A DNA stretch of 64,000 nucleotides from an uncultured Gammaproteobacteria bacterium (GTDB taxonomy: Bacteria > Pseudomonadota > Gammaproteobacteria > Steroidobacterales > XN24), in contig CAMYOC010000050.1 of the NCBI GenBank assembly GCA_947259915.1, positions 61,342 to 125,341 of the forward strand, read 5' to 3'. How positions within the stretch are numbered: position 1 is the first letter of the stretch; each line of letters starts with the position of its first letter. Position numbers and translations under genes: made by a program. The notes beneath the pieces are model-generated. The model did no database searches. It saw nothing but the letters and a program-made list of their open reading frames with translations, and had not been told where the DNA came from. Shown piece after piece: positions 44,741 to 54,087 of the stretch.

Positions 44741-45100
44741 ATGGCCATCACGGTTTTCGGGATCGCATCCTGCGACAGCTGCCGCAAGGCACGCCACTGG
44801 CTGGACGCCTCGGGGCTGGTCTACCGCTACCATGATCTCCGTCGGGAGGGGGTACCGGAGAAGGCCCTCCAGGCCTGGGTGGCCAGGGCGGGCTGGGAGA
44901 AGCTGCTCAACCGGCGCAGCGCCACCTGGCGCCGGATTCCCGACGTGGACAAGGATATCCAGGAGCCTGCCCAGGCGGTGGCCCTGATGCTGGAATACCC
45001 CACCCTGATCAAGCGACCTGTGATCTGTTCCGGCCGCGACCTGCTGGTCGGGTTCGATGCCGAGGAATACGGACGCGAGCTAACGGGTCAGACTGCGTGA
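44741..45100 (+). CDS. ArsC/Spx family protein (YffB-like)
   Basis: [35 protein letters not shown].. is an ArsC-family fold. It lies directly upstream of dapE, as yffB does in E. coli. Confidence 0.8.
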   Translation: MAITVFGIASCDSCRKARHWLDASGLVYRYHDLRREGVPEKALQAWVARAGWEKLLNRRSATWRRIPDVDKDIQEPAQAVALMLEYPTLIKRPVICSGRDLLVGFDAEEYGRELTGQTA

Positions 45101-46227
45101 GCCACACCCTGGAGCTGGCCCGGGACCTGATCGGGCGGCCCTCGGTGACCCCCGATGACGGCGGTTGCCAGGTCCTGCTGGGCGAACGCCTCGCGGCGCT
45201 GGGATTCGTCCTCGAGCCCATGCGGATCGGCGATGTGGACAACCTCTGGGCACGCCGCGGCGACAGCGGCCCCCTGCTCTGTCTGGCGGGGCATACGGAC
45301 GTGGTACCCACCGGCCCCGAATCCGCCTGGACCCATCCACCCTTCGCCGCCACCGTCGCCGATGGCTGGCTCTATGGGCGGGGTTCCGCCGATATGAAAT
45401 CCGCGCTGGCGGCCATGATCGTGGCCTGCGAGGAGTATCTGGCCGAGCACCCGGACCCGGCCGGCTCGCTGGCCTTCCTGATCACTAGTGACGAGGAAGG
45501 CATCGCGGTGGACGGAACCAGGGCCGTGGTGGAGCGTCTCCAGGCCCGGGGCGAACACATCGACTATTGCCTGATCGGTGAGCCGTCCAGCCATGCCTGT
45601 CTGGGGGACGTGGCCCGGGTGGGCCGGCGCGGCTCGCTCAGCGCCGAGCTGACCGTCCACGGTAAGCAGGGTCATGTGGCCTATGCCCATCTGGCCCGGA
45701 ATCCCCTCCACGACCTGGCGCCGGCGCTGACCGAGCTGTGCGCCACCGAATGGGACCGGGGCAACGACGCCTTCCCGCCCACCACCTTCCAGGCCACCAA
45801 TCTCAACGCCGGCACCGGTGCCATGAACGTCATCCCGGGGGAAGCGCGGCTGCGATTCAACTTCCGCTACTGCACGGAACAGACGATGGAAGGCATCCAG
45901 GAGCAGGTGGAGACAGTCCTGGACCGGCACGGTCTGGACTACGAGATCCTGTGGCGGGACGTGGGCCGGCCGTTCCTGACCCCCGAGGGTGTGCTGACCG
46001 ACGCGGTCCGGCGGGCGGTTCGCGACGAACTGGACGTCAATCCGGAGATGTCCACCGGCGGCGGCACCTCGGACGGCCGCTTTATCGCGCCGACCGGGGC
46101 CCAGGTGGTCGAGTTCGGTCTGCTCAACGCCACCATCCACCAGGTGGACGAGCGCACCCCGGTAGCCGATCTGGACCGGTTGAAGACCGTGTACCGCCGG
46201 GTGCTGGAATATCTGCTAGGCGGCTGA
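45097..46227 (+). CDS. dapE: succinyl-diaminopimelate desuccinylase
   Basis: ..[31 protein letters not shown].. are M20 family motifs. The GTG start overlaps the yffB-like stop. Confidence 0.93.
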   Translation: MSHTLELARDLIGRPSVTPDDGGCQVLLGERLAALGFVLEPMRIGDVDNLWARRGDSGPLLCLAGHTDVVPTGPESAWTHPPFAATVADGWLYGRGSADMKSALAAMIVACEEYLAEHPDPAGSLAFLITSDEEGIAVDGTRAVVERLQARGEHIDYCLIGEPSSHACLGDVARVGRRGSLSAELTVHGKQGHVAYAHLARNPLHDLAPALTELCATEWDRGNDAFPPTTFQATNLNAGTGAMNVIPGEARLRFNFRYCTEQTMEGIQEQVETVLDRHGLDYEILWRDVGRPFLTPEGVLTDAVRRAVRDELDVNPEMSTGGGTSDGRFIAPTGAQVVEFGLLNATIHQVDERTPVADLDRLKTVYRRVLEYLLGG

Positions 46228-46725
46228 GGCGGCGCGGGGCGCCCTCCAGTTGAAGATGAGTCCACCGAGCCCGAGCACGGCCAGACAGACGAAAACCCAA
46301 CCGGGCATGCTCAGCCCGAGGAAACGCCAGACCACTTCCGCGCACTCCCCGGAGCCCTCGAAAACCATGGCCACCGCCTCGCCGAGCGGGAACACATCCA
46401 TGATGTAATCGAAGCCCGGTCCGCAGGCCGGCACCTGATCGGCGGGGAGGTTTTGCAGCCAGACCTGGCGCGCCGAGACCGTGGCGCCGAGACCGGCGAC
46501 GATCAGGATCAGGATCCCCATGACCCGTGCGCCGATCCGACCCGGGTCGGCTACCGCGGCCAGCAGGAAGACCAGCCCGAGGCCTATAGTCGCGATCCGC
46601 TGCAGCACGCACAGCGGACAGGGCTCCAGTCCCAGACCGTGCTGGGCGAACAGGGCGAATCCCATCATGCCGGCACAGGCGGCGGCGCCGGCCAGGTTGA
46701 CCGTTCTGCGGGTGAGTTCAGGCAT
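46216..46725 (-). CDS. dsbB: disulfide bond formation protein B
   Basis: Four-TM protein with ..[13 protein letters not shown].. (CxxC) and a second Cys pair. Its 3' end overlaps the dapE 3' end by 12 nt. Confidence 0.85.
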   Translation of the reverse strand: MPELTRRTVNLAGAAACAGMMGFALFAQHGLGLEPCPLCVLQRIATIGLGLVFLLAAVADPGRIGARVMGILILIVAGLGATVSARQVWLQNLPADQVPACGPGFDYIMDVFPLGEAVAMVFEGSGECAEVVWRFLGLSMPGWVFVCLAVLGLGGLIFNWRAPRAASAA

Positions 46726-46754
46726 GGGTTACTGCGGGCCGCCGTGCCCGGGCC

Positions 46755-47456
46755 TCAGGCGGCACCCTCTTCATAGCTCAGGTGACGGATGTCCTTGCCG
46801 TGGACCATGTAGACCACGTATTCGCAGATGTTGACCGCGTGGTCGCCGATCCGTTCCAGCGCTCGGGCGACCCACAGCGTGTCCAGCACCCGGCGGATGC
46901 TGCGCGGGTCCTCCATCATCAGGGTGATGGCCTGGCGCATGATGGCCTCGTATTCCTCGTCCACCTGCCGGTCCCGCTCGGCCGTCGCCATGGCCGCCTC
47001 CGGGTCGAGGCGCGCCAGCGCGTCCAGCGCCAGGTTCAGCATCTCCCGCACCATCTTGCCCAGATGCTTGATCTCCCGGTAGCGATTCTCCGGCCGCTTC
47101 TCGGCCGCCAGCCGGGAGGCGAGGAAACCGATCTTCTCCGCCTCATCGCCGATCCGCTCCAGGTCGGTGATGGATTTGATCATCGCCATGATCATCCGCA
47201 GATCCCCGGCGGTCGGCTGCCGGCGCGCGATGATGCGGCTGCACTCCTCATCGATGGCCACTTCCATGCTATTGACCTTATGATCGTCGTAGACGACCTT
47301 TTCGCCAAGTTCGCTATCGCCTTTTACCAGAGCCCGGATCGCCAGTCTGAGCTGCTCTCCGACGATGCCACCCATCTCCAGCACGCTGGTGCGGACGGTC
47401 TCGAGCTCTTCGTCAAATTGCCGGGAATAGTGATGGCCCAACTCTTCTTTACGCAT
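46755..47456 (-). CDS. PhoU family protein (second paralogue)
   Basis: ..YSRQFDEELETVRTSVLEMGG..ERIGDEAEKIG..ERIGDHAVNIC.. gives two PhoU repeats. The start is ATG 47456. Confidence 0.85.
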   Translation of the reverse strand: MRKEELGHHYSRQFDEELETVRTSVLEMGGIVGEQLRLAIRALVKGDSELGEKVVYDDHKVNSMEVAIDEECSRIIARRQPTAGDLRMIMAMIKSITDLERIGDEAEKIGFLASRLAAEKRPENRYREIKHLGKMVREMLNLALDALARLDPEAAMATAERDRQVDEEYEAIMRQAITLMMEDPRSIRRVLDTLWVARALERIGDHAVNICEYVVYMVHGKDIRHLSYEEGAA

Positions 47457-47547
47457 GGATTCCCCTGCCCTGTCCGTGTAACGCCTGCTACCAACAGTAT
47501 TAGAACATACCTTGGTGACGGTTTTGCGGGGGTCCAAATGCCCTCAC

Positions 47548-47581
47548 AAAAAAAGCGGCCCCGGCAAAAATCCGGAGCCGC
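47548..47581 (-). terminator. Rho-independent terminator downstream of the porin gene
   Basis: The minus strand reads GCGGCUCCGG-auuuuug-CCGGGGCCGC followed by UUUUUUU. The 10-bp stem has one G-U pair. Confidence 0.7.
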
Positions 47582-47606
47582 CCATGTCATCCGCTGGACC
47601 GCAAAT

Positions 47607-48767
47607 TTACTTGAAGTCCATTGCGGCGCGGAAGACGATTGCATTGGGGCTATCGTCCTCGGTGCCGCCGAGACGCGGCGTGTCATCCGCGTCGGCCGCG
47701 ATGTAGTTGAGCATGAACCGCAGGTACGGATTCACATAGTAGTTCACGCCCACCGTCCAGTTGGTCTCCTCGCCACCCTGGATTCCGCTGTCTTTGAGAT
47801 CCAGATAGCTGTAACGGACCGCCAGTTCCCAGGCGTTGGTGGCCTTGGTGCGGCCGAACTTTCCGCCCTTGTAGGAACGGCCGGTGTCACCACTGACAAA
47901 CCAGCTGCCGTAGACATAGTAGCCGGAGAAATCCGGATCATCGCCGCTGTCACGATCCACGGTCTGCTGCACATACTCACCCTGGACCGAAAACGGACCG
48001 CGGACCCAGGCGGCCTCACCGCCGAAGGTGGTGATGTCGTTGACCTCGGTGATCGTACCGGTGTCCACCAGGCGCACGGACGTCTGGTGAGACTCCGGCC
48101 GCGCCCGGACCCGGTATTCGTTGTCCGAGTCCGGCGAGTCCTGCCAGTTGCCGGACACGCCGAAGTGCAGCTGGTTCTCACCAACCTTGGGGCCCCAGGC
48201 CGCGCGGCCGGCGAAGCCGACCCCTTCGTTTACGCCCTCGGACGAGCCTTCCTCCTGACCGAAGATCGACGCAGCCCAATGCCAGGCGTCCACGTCACCG
48301 GCGACACCGGCGGCGATGCGACGGCTGGGGTGGAAGGTGGCCAGCATGGCCCGCTCGATAAAGGTGATGTACTTGGAGCTCGTCAACTCTTCGAGTCCGG
48401 CTTCCTGCTTGAACTGACCCAGCGTGATCTTGCCGAAGTCGAAGCCGCTGTAACGGACATACAGATCCTTGAGATCCACGCCGTCGCCGGCGAAATCATA
48501 CTGGGCCTTGTAGCCCCAGTTGTCGGCGATATCGCCCGCGGCGAACAGGCGCGCGCGGCGGAACTCGGTACCGCGACCCATCTGGATGTTGTCGTCGTCG
48601 TAGTAAGTGGCGTCCACCTGGATACGGCCACCAACGGAGACAGTCATTTCGGCCGTAGCCGGGGTCGCTGCAACGAGACCCAGGGCACGAACCGGATGGT
48701 TCGCGAAATTTCTTGCCCGTACACCGGATGGCGCAGGGTTCGATGCGCAAATGCGACACTCGATCAT
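47607..48767 (-). CDS. phosphate-selective porin O/P family (OprO/OprP-like)
   Basis: ..GGRIQVDATYYDDDN..RRARLFAAG..WGYKAQYDFAG..LKDLYVRY..GKITLGQFKQEAGLEELTSSKYITFIERA.. and a terminal ..RAAMDFK. The N-terminus and signal peptide are atypical, so the start is uncertain. Confidence 0.85.
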   Translation of the reverse strand: MIECRICASNPAPSGVRARNFANHPVRALGLVAATPATAEMTVSVGGRIQVDATYYDDDNIQMGRGTEFRRARLFAAGDIADNWGYKAQYDFAGDGVDLKDLYVRYSGFDFGKITLGQFKQEAGLEELTSSKYITFIERAMLATFHPSRRIAAGVAGDVDAWHWAASIFGQEEGSSEGVNEGVGFAGRAAWGPKVGENQLHFGVSGNWQDSPDSDNEYRVRARPESHQTSVRLVDTGTITEVNDITTFGGEAAWVRGPFSVQGEYVQQTVDRDSGDDPDFSGYYVYGSWFVSGDTGRSYKGGKFGRTKATNAWELAVRYSYLDLKDSGIQGGEETNWTVGVNYYVNPYLRFMLNYIAADADDTPRLGGTEDDSPNAIVFRAAMDFK

Positions 48768-48783
48768 CGCTTTGAACGGGCGC

Positions 48784-48817
48784 AGTGTAGGCCGCGAATA
48801 TTTCAGGAATATGACGC
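48784..48817 (-). promoter_or_regulatory. candidate Pho box plus -10 element upstream of the porin gene
   Basis: The minus strand reads GCGTCATATTCCTGAAAT (12/18 to the Pho box consensus), then 10 nt, then TACACT. This would leave almost no leader before ATG 48767. Confidence 0.3.
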
Positions 48818-48913
48818 GCCGAGAAACGGCGCGAGCCTGTTTTTATAGTCTCAGAAGAGTCCTATTTGGATCTGGATCAGATCGCCCACCGGCTGGAAGC
48901 CAGGGTAGGTTGC

Positions 48914-50233
48914 TTAGGCCTGTTGCAGATTGACCACATTGTCGCCAGGTGCCAGGCGTTCCGGCGGGAAGTGGCAGGTGAAGCGGCTGCCCTGCCCCAG
49001 TTCGCTTTCTATTTCCAGCGTCGCGCCGTGTCGTTCGAGCACGTGTTTGGCGATGGCGAGGCCCAGACCGGTGCCGCCCGATACCCTGTCCCGGCCCTTG
49101 TCGGCCCGGTAGAAGCGTTCGGTGAGCCGCGGGATGGCGTCGGCGGGGATGCCCTTGCCGGTATCGGCGACCGTTATGTGACCACCCCGCTCGTCCACGG
49201 ACCATCCGATCTCGACGCGACCGGTTGCCGGCGTGTATTTGACCGCGTTGGATACCAGATTAGAGAAGGCCGAGTACAGTTCGTTCTCGGCTCCGGTGAG
49301 GTCGGCCTCGCTGTCGAGTCGAAGTTCGATGGTGCCGGGCCGTTCCGGTAATGAAAGAGCATCTTTTCGGATCATCGCAAGGAGCCCGCCCACATCGACC
49401 CGGTCTCTGGCCGGTTTCTTTGCTCCGGCCTCCAGCCTCGACAGGGTCAGCAGATCCTCGACGATGGCCTGCATGCGGCCCGCCTGATGGCTCATATCGC
49501 AGACCGGCTGCCGCCAGGCCCCGGGCAGCTCCGGATCGGAAGTCAGGCTGTCCAGATAACCGTTGATCACGGTAAGCGGCGAGCGCAACTCATGGGAGGC
49601 ATTGGCGACAAAATCGCGCCGCACCTTCTCCAGCCGAATGCGGTCGGTAATGTCGCGACCCAGCAGCATCTGCTGACCCTCGCCACCGTAGGGAACCAGA
49701 CGCAGCGAAAGCCGTGCGCCCGGTTTTGACGGTGAGCGGATTTCGACCGGCGCATCTTGATCGACCGATCTGAGGTAGTCGACAAACACTGGATCGCGAA
49801 TGATATTGTCGACGCGCAGGCCGCGGTCCGCTTTGCGGATGCCGAACAGCTCCGTGGCGGCGCGATTTAGCCAGATGATCTCATGATCGGCGTTGAGGAC
49901 CACGCTCGCATCGGGCAGCGCAGCGGTGGATCTGCGGAATTCCTTGATCACCCGGGATAGCCGCTTTTTGCGCTCGCGATGCTTGCTGCGAAGCCGATAG
50001 ATGCCGGCGTAGACCTGCCCCCAGACACCGAACACGCCTCGCGGCAACTTGCCCTCGCGCAGGCTTAGCCAACGTTCCAGACGGAAAAGATTGTAGAGCT
50101 GCCACGCGAGCGCGGCGGCAAGCAGGCCAACCAGCCAGAACAGCAACCCACCGAATACGAGACCGGCCACGGCCGCGACTGCGATCAGCATCAGCAGACG
50201 ACCAAGCGCGATGAATGCGGGTCGCGAGACCAT
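48914..50233 (-). CDS. phoR: phosphate regulon sensor histidine kinase PhoR
   Basis: N-terminal TM pair, a PAS region, the H-box FVANASHELRSPLT and N/G boxes (..NAVKYTP.., ..DTGKGI.., ..GGTGLGLAI..). Its start overlaps the phoB stop. Confidence 0.93.
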   Translation of the reverse strand: MVSRPAFIALGRLLMLIAVAAVAGLVFGGLLFWLVGLLAAALAWQLYNLFRLERWLSLREGKLPRGVFGVWGQVYAGIYRLRSKHRERKKRLSRVIKEFRRSTAALPDASVVLNADHEIIWLNRAATELFGIRKADRGLRVDNIIRDPVFVDYLRSVDQDAPVEIRSPSKPGARLSLRLVPYGGEGQQMLLGRDITDRIRLEKVRRDFVANASHELRSPLTVINGYLDSLTSDPELPGAWRQPVCDMSHQAGRMQAIVEDLLTLSRLEAGAKKPARDRVDVGGLLAMIRKDALSLPERPGTIELRLDSEADLTGAENELYSAFSNLVSNAVKYTPATGRVEIGWSVDERGGHITVADTGKGIPADAIPRLTERFYRADKGRDRVSGGTGLGLAIAKHVLERHGATLEIESELGQGSRFTCHFPPERLAPGDNVVNLQQA

Positions 50234-50928
50234 CAGCTGGCTCGGGTAGAAAACCGGTAACCAGCGCCGCGCACCGTCTGCACAAAGCGATCGAAACTGC
50301 CGGGTTCCAGCGCCTTGCGCAAGCGGCGGATATGCACGTCCACCGTGCGCTCTTCCACATAGACGTTACCGCCCCAGACCCGGTCCAGTAGCTGGCTGCG
50401 GCTATAGACCCGTTCAGGATGACTCATAAAGAATTGCAGCAACTTGAATTCCTTCGGACCCAGCTGGATGTCCTCGCCAGATCCCCGGACGCGATGACTG
50501 GCGGGATCCAGCTGAAGACCGTCTGCGTTCAATACCTCACCTGCGCCGACCGTTTGTCCCCGGCGCAGCACTGCCTCGATCCGCGCCACCAACTCCCTCG
50601 GCGAGAAGGGCTTGGTGATGTAATCGTCGGCGCCGCCTTCGAGGCCGCGGACCTTGTCATCTTCCTCGGCCCGGGCCGTCAGCATGATCACCGGGACTTC
50701 GCTGGTGGCCTCGTTCTTCTTCACCCAGCGAGTCAGTTCCAGACCGCTGGTGTCGGGCAGCATCCAGTCGATCAGCATCAGGTCCGGCTGGTTGTCCACG
50801 ACCCGGGCGCGGGCCGTGACGCAGTCCTCGGCTTCGAGCACGTCGAAACCCGCCCGCCGCAGTCCGAACGCAATCATGTCCCGGATCGGCTTTTCGTCTT
50901 CGACAATCAGAATCTGTTTGACGCTCAT
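50233..50928 (-). CDS. phoB: phosphate regulon response regulator PhoB
   Basis: [40 protein letters not shown].. followed by an OmpR-type winged helix (..[19 protein letters not shown]). Confidence 0.95.
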   Translation of the reverse strand: MSVKQILIVEDEKPIRDMIAFGLRRAGFDVLEAEDCVTARARVVDNQPDLMLIDWMLPDTSGLELTRWVKKNEATSEVPVIMLTARAEEDDKVRGLEGGADDYITKPFSPRELVARIEAVLRRGQTVGAGEVLNADGLQLDPASHRVRGSGEDIQLGPKEFKLLQFFMSHPERVYSRSQLLDRVWGGNVYVEERTVDVHIRRLRKALEPGSFDRFVQTVRGAGYRFSTRAS

Positions 50929-50945
50929 ACCGGTGTGTTCATCCG

Positions 50946-50996
50946 ATTGTAACCCGGTGAGCATTGCATCACCGATTTGTTACAGATTCTTGACAC
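50946..50996 (-). promoter_or_regulatory. candidate tandem Pho boxes plus -10 element of the phoBR promoter
   Basis: The minus strand reads GTGTCAA-gaat-CTGTAAC-aaat-CGGTGAT-gcaa-TGCTCAC, four 7-mers with 11-bp phasing. The first 18-mer matches the consensus at 14/18. TACAAT follows 5 nt later. Confidence 0.45.
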
Positions 50997-51011
50997 TATC
51001 GAAATGCCTTG

Positions 51012-51686
51012 TCAGCTCCGCCACGCGACCTGTTCCCGGAGATACACCGGCATCGCCGCGTCCGCCGCGACCGCCTCGCCGCGATCGTATGCCGCTCTCG
51101 CGGTCTCGATCAGATCCCGCGCTTCCGGCAACAGATCCGGCTCAAGCACCTCGACATCCGCATCCATCCGACGGGCCAGTTCCGGATATCGATGCCAACC
51201 TGAACCCACGCCCAGCCAGCCGGGTGCCGGCGGACCCGGCAATGCGTCCGGGCCGGCGATCGACTCTTCACCCAGGAGCTCGGCCACCCCGTTATCGCTT
51301 ACCGTGTACAGACCCCAGTAGCATTCATCCATACGCGCATCGACACATACTGCGACGCGACCGCCTCCTCGTTGACGCCGGACCCCGACCGCCGCGGCAG
51401 CGAGGCTCGATACCGGCATCACCGGGCACTCGAGACCCAGCGCAAGACCCTGGACGACCGCGGTCGCGATCCGCACACCGGTAAACGAGCCGGGACCACG
51501 ACCAAACGTGATCAGATCTACATTCGCCGGTGCCAGACTCGCCTCGGACAAACATTCGTCGACCATGCCCAACACGCGTCGGGCATGGATACGCGGTTCG
51601 CTGGACTGACGGCAGAATAGCGTGCCCGTGACCGCCAGCGCGACGGAGCAGCCGTCAGTGGCCGTCTCCAGCGCGAGGATATTCAC
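51012..51686 (-). CDS. tsaB: tRNA threonylcarbamoyladenosine biosynthesis protein TsaB
   Basis: (M)NILALETATDGCSVAL..ITFGRGPGSFTGVRI.. are YeaZ/TsaB motifs. GTG 51686 overlaps the helicase stop (GTGA); a TTG at 51692 is an alternative. Confidence 0.88.
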   Translation of the reverse strand: MNILALETATDGCSVALAVTGTLFCRQSSEPRIHARRVLGMVDECLSEASLAPANVDLITFGRGPGSFTGVRIATAVVQGLALGLECPVMPVSSLAAAAVGVRRQRGGGRVAVCVDARMDECYWGLYTVSDNGVAELLGEESIAGPDALPGPPAPGWLGVGSGWHRYPELARRMDADVEVLEPDLLPEARDLIETARAAYDRGEAVAADAAMPVYLREQVAWRS

Positions 51687-53617
51687 GCGCAAACCGCCTC
51701 GTTCTGATCACGCAAAAACGCGCAGGCGGTGGCGCAATCCCGGATCACCGGCATCGGCGGCAGACTATTGAGAAAAGCGCGTCCATAGCTGCGACCGCTC
51801 AGACGCGGGTCACAGATCATCACCACGCCGCGGTCCTCATAGTCGCGGATCAACCGGCCGACACCCTGCTTGAGTGCGATCACCGCCTGCGGCAGCTGGA
51901 AATCCCGGAACGGCTGGCCGCCACTCTGCCGGATCGCTTCCAGACGCGCCTGCAACAGTGGATCGCCAGGCGAGGCAAAGGGCAGCCGGTCGATCACCAC
52001 CAGTGCCAGCGCGTCCCCGCGCACATCGACGCCTTCCCAGAAGCTGCTGGTGCCAAGCAGGATCGCGTTGCCCAGCTTGCGGAATCGTTCGAGCAGTCTG
52101 TCGCGGGGCTCGTCACCCTGCACCAGCAGCGGAAACGCCGCCAGCGAGTCACCGTCGGCGCGCAACAGCGCCGCGGCCTCGCGTAATGCGCGGTGACTGG
52201 TGAACAACAGGAACGCGCGTCCGCCGCTGGCCTCGAGCAGCGGGCGCGCGGCCTCCACCACCGCGAAAGTGTAGTCGCGCGAGGCCGGCTCGGGCATCTC
52301 CGTCGGCAGATAAAGACGTGCGTTGCGTCTGAAGTCGAAGGGGCTGTCCAGACGCAGCGAATGCGCATCGGGCAGGCCCAGCCGATTCGCGTAGTGGGAG
52401 AAATCGTCACCCACGGCCAGCGTCGCGGAGGTAAAGATCCAGCTCCCGCCCTGCTCACCGATACGGCGTCCCAGCGCGTCGGCCGCGTCCGGCGGCGTCA
52501 TATGCAGCGCAAAGCTGCGACTAAAGGACTCGTACCAGCGCACCGCATCCGCCTCGGCGCCGTCCGCGATCCGCTCCAGACCCTCGGCCGCGGTCTCGGC
52601 ACGGCGGATGACCGCATCCATACCGGCGCTGTGTCCGGCCAGCGGCTGCAGCGCCTCGGCCAGACCGCTGGCGGCGGCGGCCAGCTCGTGGCAATGCTCA
52701 TCGATCCCGGGCTGCGCTTCGTGCCAGGCCTGGCGACCGGGCCGCCCGGCCAGCGCCAGACGTGCGTCCCTGAGCGTCCGCAACAACGGGTCGCTCGCTG
52801 CCTCCAAATCGCCAAGGCTGGCGCCCGCGTGCAGGCCCTCGGTCTTACAGTCCCGGATCAGATTGTCGAGTTGCCGGGCACTCACAGAGATGCCGAAAAA
52901 CGTGACTGCGGTCTCCGGCAGCTGATGGGCCTCATCCACGATGACCGCATCGGCGCCGGGCAAAAGCTCACCGAAACCCTCATCCCGGAGCACCATATCC
53001 GCGAGCAACAAATGATGATTGACCACCACGATATCGGCATCCAGAGCGCGGCGGCGTGCCTCGACCAGATGACAACGCTGATACTCGGGACAGCGGCTGC
53101 CGAGACAATTATCGGAGTTCGAGGTCACCTGGGACCAGACCCGGGCATCATCGGGCACGCCCTCGACCGCGGCGATATCGCCGTCTCCCGGCGCGACCGC
53201 CCACTGGCGAATCCGCGCGAACCAGCGCGCCTCGTCGCGGCTCGGGAAGCGGCCCTCTTCTGAAGCGAGATCCAGCCGGTGCCGGCACAGATAATTGCTC
53301 CGACCCTTGAGCAGACAGATATCCACCGGACGGCCGATGGCGGCGGCGACGACTGGCAGATCGCGGCTGAACAACTGGTCCTGCAGACTGCGGGTCCCGG
53401 TAGAGATGATCACCCGGCGCCCTGACAACAGCGCCGGCACCAGATAGGCGAAGGTTTTGCCGACGCCGGTACCGGCTTCGACCAGCAGGGATTCGCGGGT
53501 CGCCAGGGTTTCCGCGACCTGGGCCGCCATCTGCTGTTGCTCCGGCCGGCGCCGGTAGCCCTCGACGGTCCGCGCCAGCGGGCCCTCCGGGGCAAAGGCA
53601 AAATCCATGTCGCTCAC
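51683..53617 (-). CDS. ATP-dependent DNA helicase, DinG/YoaA (XPD-like, Fe-S) family
   Basis: Walker A EAGTGVGKT, a Cys cluster (..NCLGSRCPEYQRCH..), the DEAH box VIVDEAHQL and C-terminal helicase motifs (..TSATL.., ..GTSSFWEGVD..). Confidence 0.88.
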   Translation of the reverse strand: MSDMDFAFAPEGPLARTVEGYRRRPEQQQMAAQVAETLATRESLLVEAGTGVGKTFAYLVPALLSGRRVIISTGTRSLQDQLFSRDLPVVAAAIGRPVDICLLKGRSNYLCRHRLDLASEEGRFPSRDEARWFARIRQWAVAPGDGDIAAVEGVPDDARVWSQVTSNSDNCLGSRCPEYQRCHLVEARRRALDADIVVVNHHLLLADMVLRDEGFGELLPGADAVIVDEAHQLPETAVTFFGISVSARQLDNLIRDCKTEGLHAGASLGDLEAASDPLLRTLRDARLALAGRPGRQAWHEAQPGIDEHCHELAAAASGLAEALQPLAGHSAGMDAVIRRAETAAEGLERIADGAEADAVRWYESFSRSFALHMTPPDAADALGRRIGEQGGSWIFTSATLAVGDDFSHYANRLGLPDAHSLRLDSPFDFRRNARLYLPTEMPEPASRDYTFAVVEAARPLLEASGGRAFLLFTSHRALREAAALLRADGDSLAAFPLLVQGDEPRDRLLERFRKLGNAILLGTSSFWEGVDVRGDALALVVIDRLPFASPGDPLLQARLEAIRQSGGQPFRDFQLPQAVIALKQGVGRLIRDYEDRGVVMICDPRLSGRSYGRAFLNSLPPMPVIRDCATACAFLRDQNEAVCA

Positions 53618-54087
53618 CGGCGCCCGCTCGCGGCCTGTTGTTGCACATCACGTGCCTGGCTGCGGACGCCGGAACCCGTGGGCGCCAGGCTCTCTGCCCG
53701 TCGGGCCAGCTCACCGGCCAGTTGGCGCTGACCCTGGTCCAGACGCAGCCGGGCCAGTGCCAGCCACAGCTCGGCATCATCCGGTTCGATACGCACCGCG
53801 CGCTCCAGCGTCGACGCGGCCTGTTCCAGATCGCCAGCGGCTTGTTCGCCGGCGGCCTGAGACTGTAGTGCCACTGCGGCGGTGTTGCGCGGCGCCGGCG
53901 CGCTGGCCGCGGGCGCCGGGCCGGCATCCGGCAGCGGCTCAGCCCCGGTGACACCCTCCCCGCCCGGGACCGATCCGACATCGGTCACATCGCCGGCCCG
54001 CATCGTGCCGCCGGCGCTGACGCAGCCGCCCAACAGACCGAGGACCAGGACCACGGCGGGGATCAGTCTTTGAGCCGTTGTAACCAT
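53614..54087 (-). CDS. TPR lipoprotein, LpoP-like candidate activator of PBP1B
   Basis: Lipobox LGLLGGC, an Ala/Pro/Gly-rich linker and a C-terminal TPR-like unit (..LEQAASTLERAVRIEPDDAELWLALARLRLDQGQ..). It lies immediately downstream of mrcB and overlaps it by 25 nt, the arrangement described for P. aeruginosa LpoP. Confidence 0.6.
   Translation of the reverse strand: MVTTAQRLIPAVVLVLGLLGGCVSAGGTMRAGDVTDVGSVPGGEGVTGAEPLPDAGPAPAASAPAPRNTAAVALQSQAAGEQAAGDLEQAASTLERAVRIEPDDAELWLALARLRLDQGQRQLAGELARRAESLAPTGSGVRSQARDVQQQAASGRR

Noticed and set aside
45088-46140. 350-aa minus-strand ORF opposite dapE
   Set aside because: Shadow ORF in the wobble-complement phase of dapE. dapE itself has clear M20 motifs.
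46216-46227. 12-nt convergent overlap of the dapE and dsbB 3' ends, and a 4-nt overlap of the M28 peptidase and dusA 3' ends at 61846-61849
   Set aside because: This is simple compaction of convergent genes. Nothing in the sequence suggests a regulatory role.
48815-48833. Hairpin CGCGCCG-agaaa-CGGCGCG after phoR as an intrinsic terminator
   Set aside because: The stem is only 7 bp and no U-tract follows on the minus strand. It overlaps the candidate Pho box, so it was not called.
46782-48848. 688-aa plus-strand ORF opposite phoU2 and the porin
   Set aside because: The same phase relationship applies: antisense position 1 equals the sense wobble in both genes. The composition is non-protein-like (runs of V/D/H/R/G), it crosses a terminator and an intergenic region, and it has no motifs.
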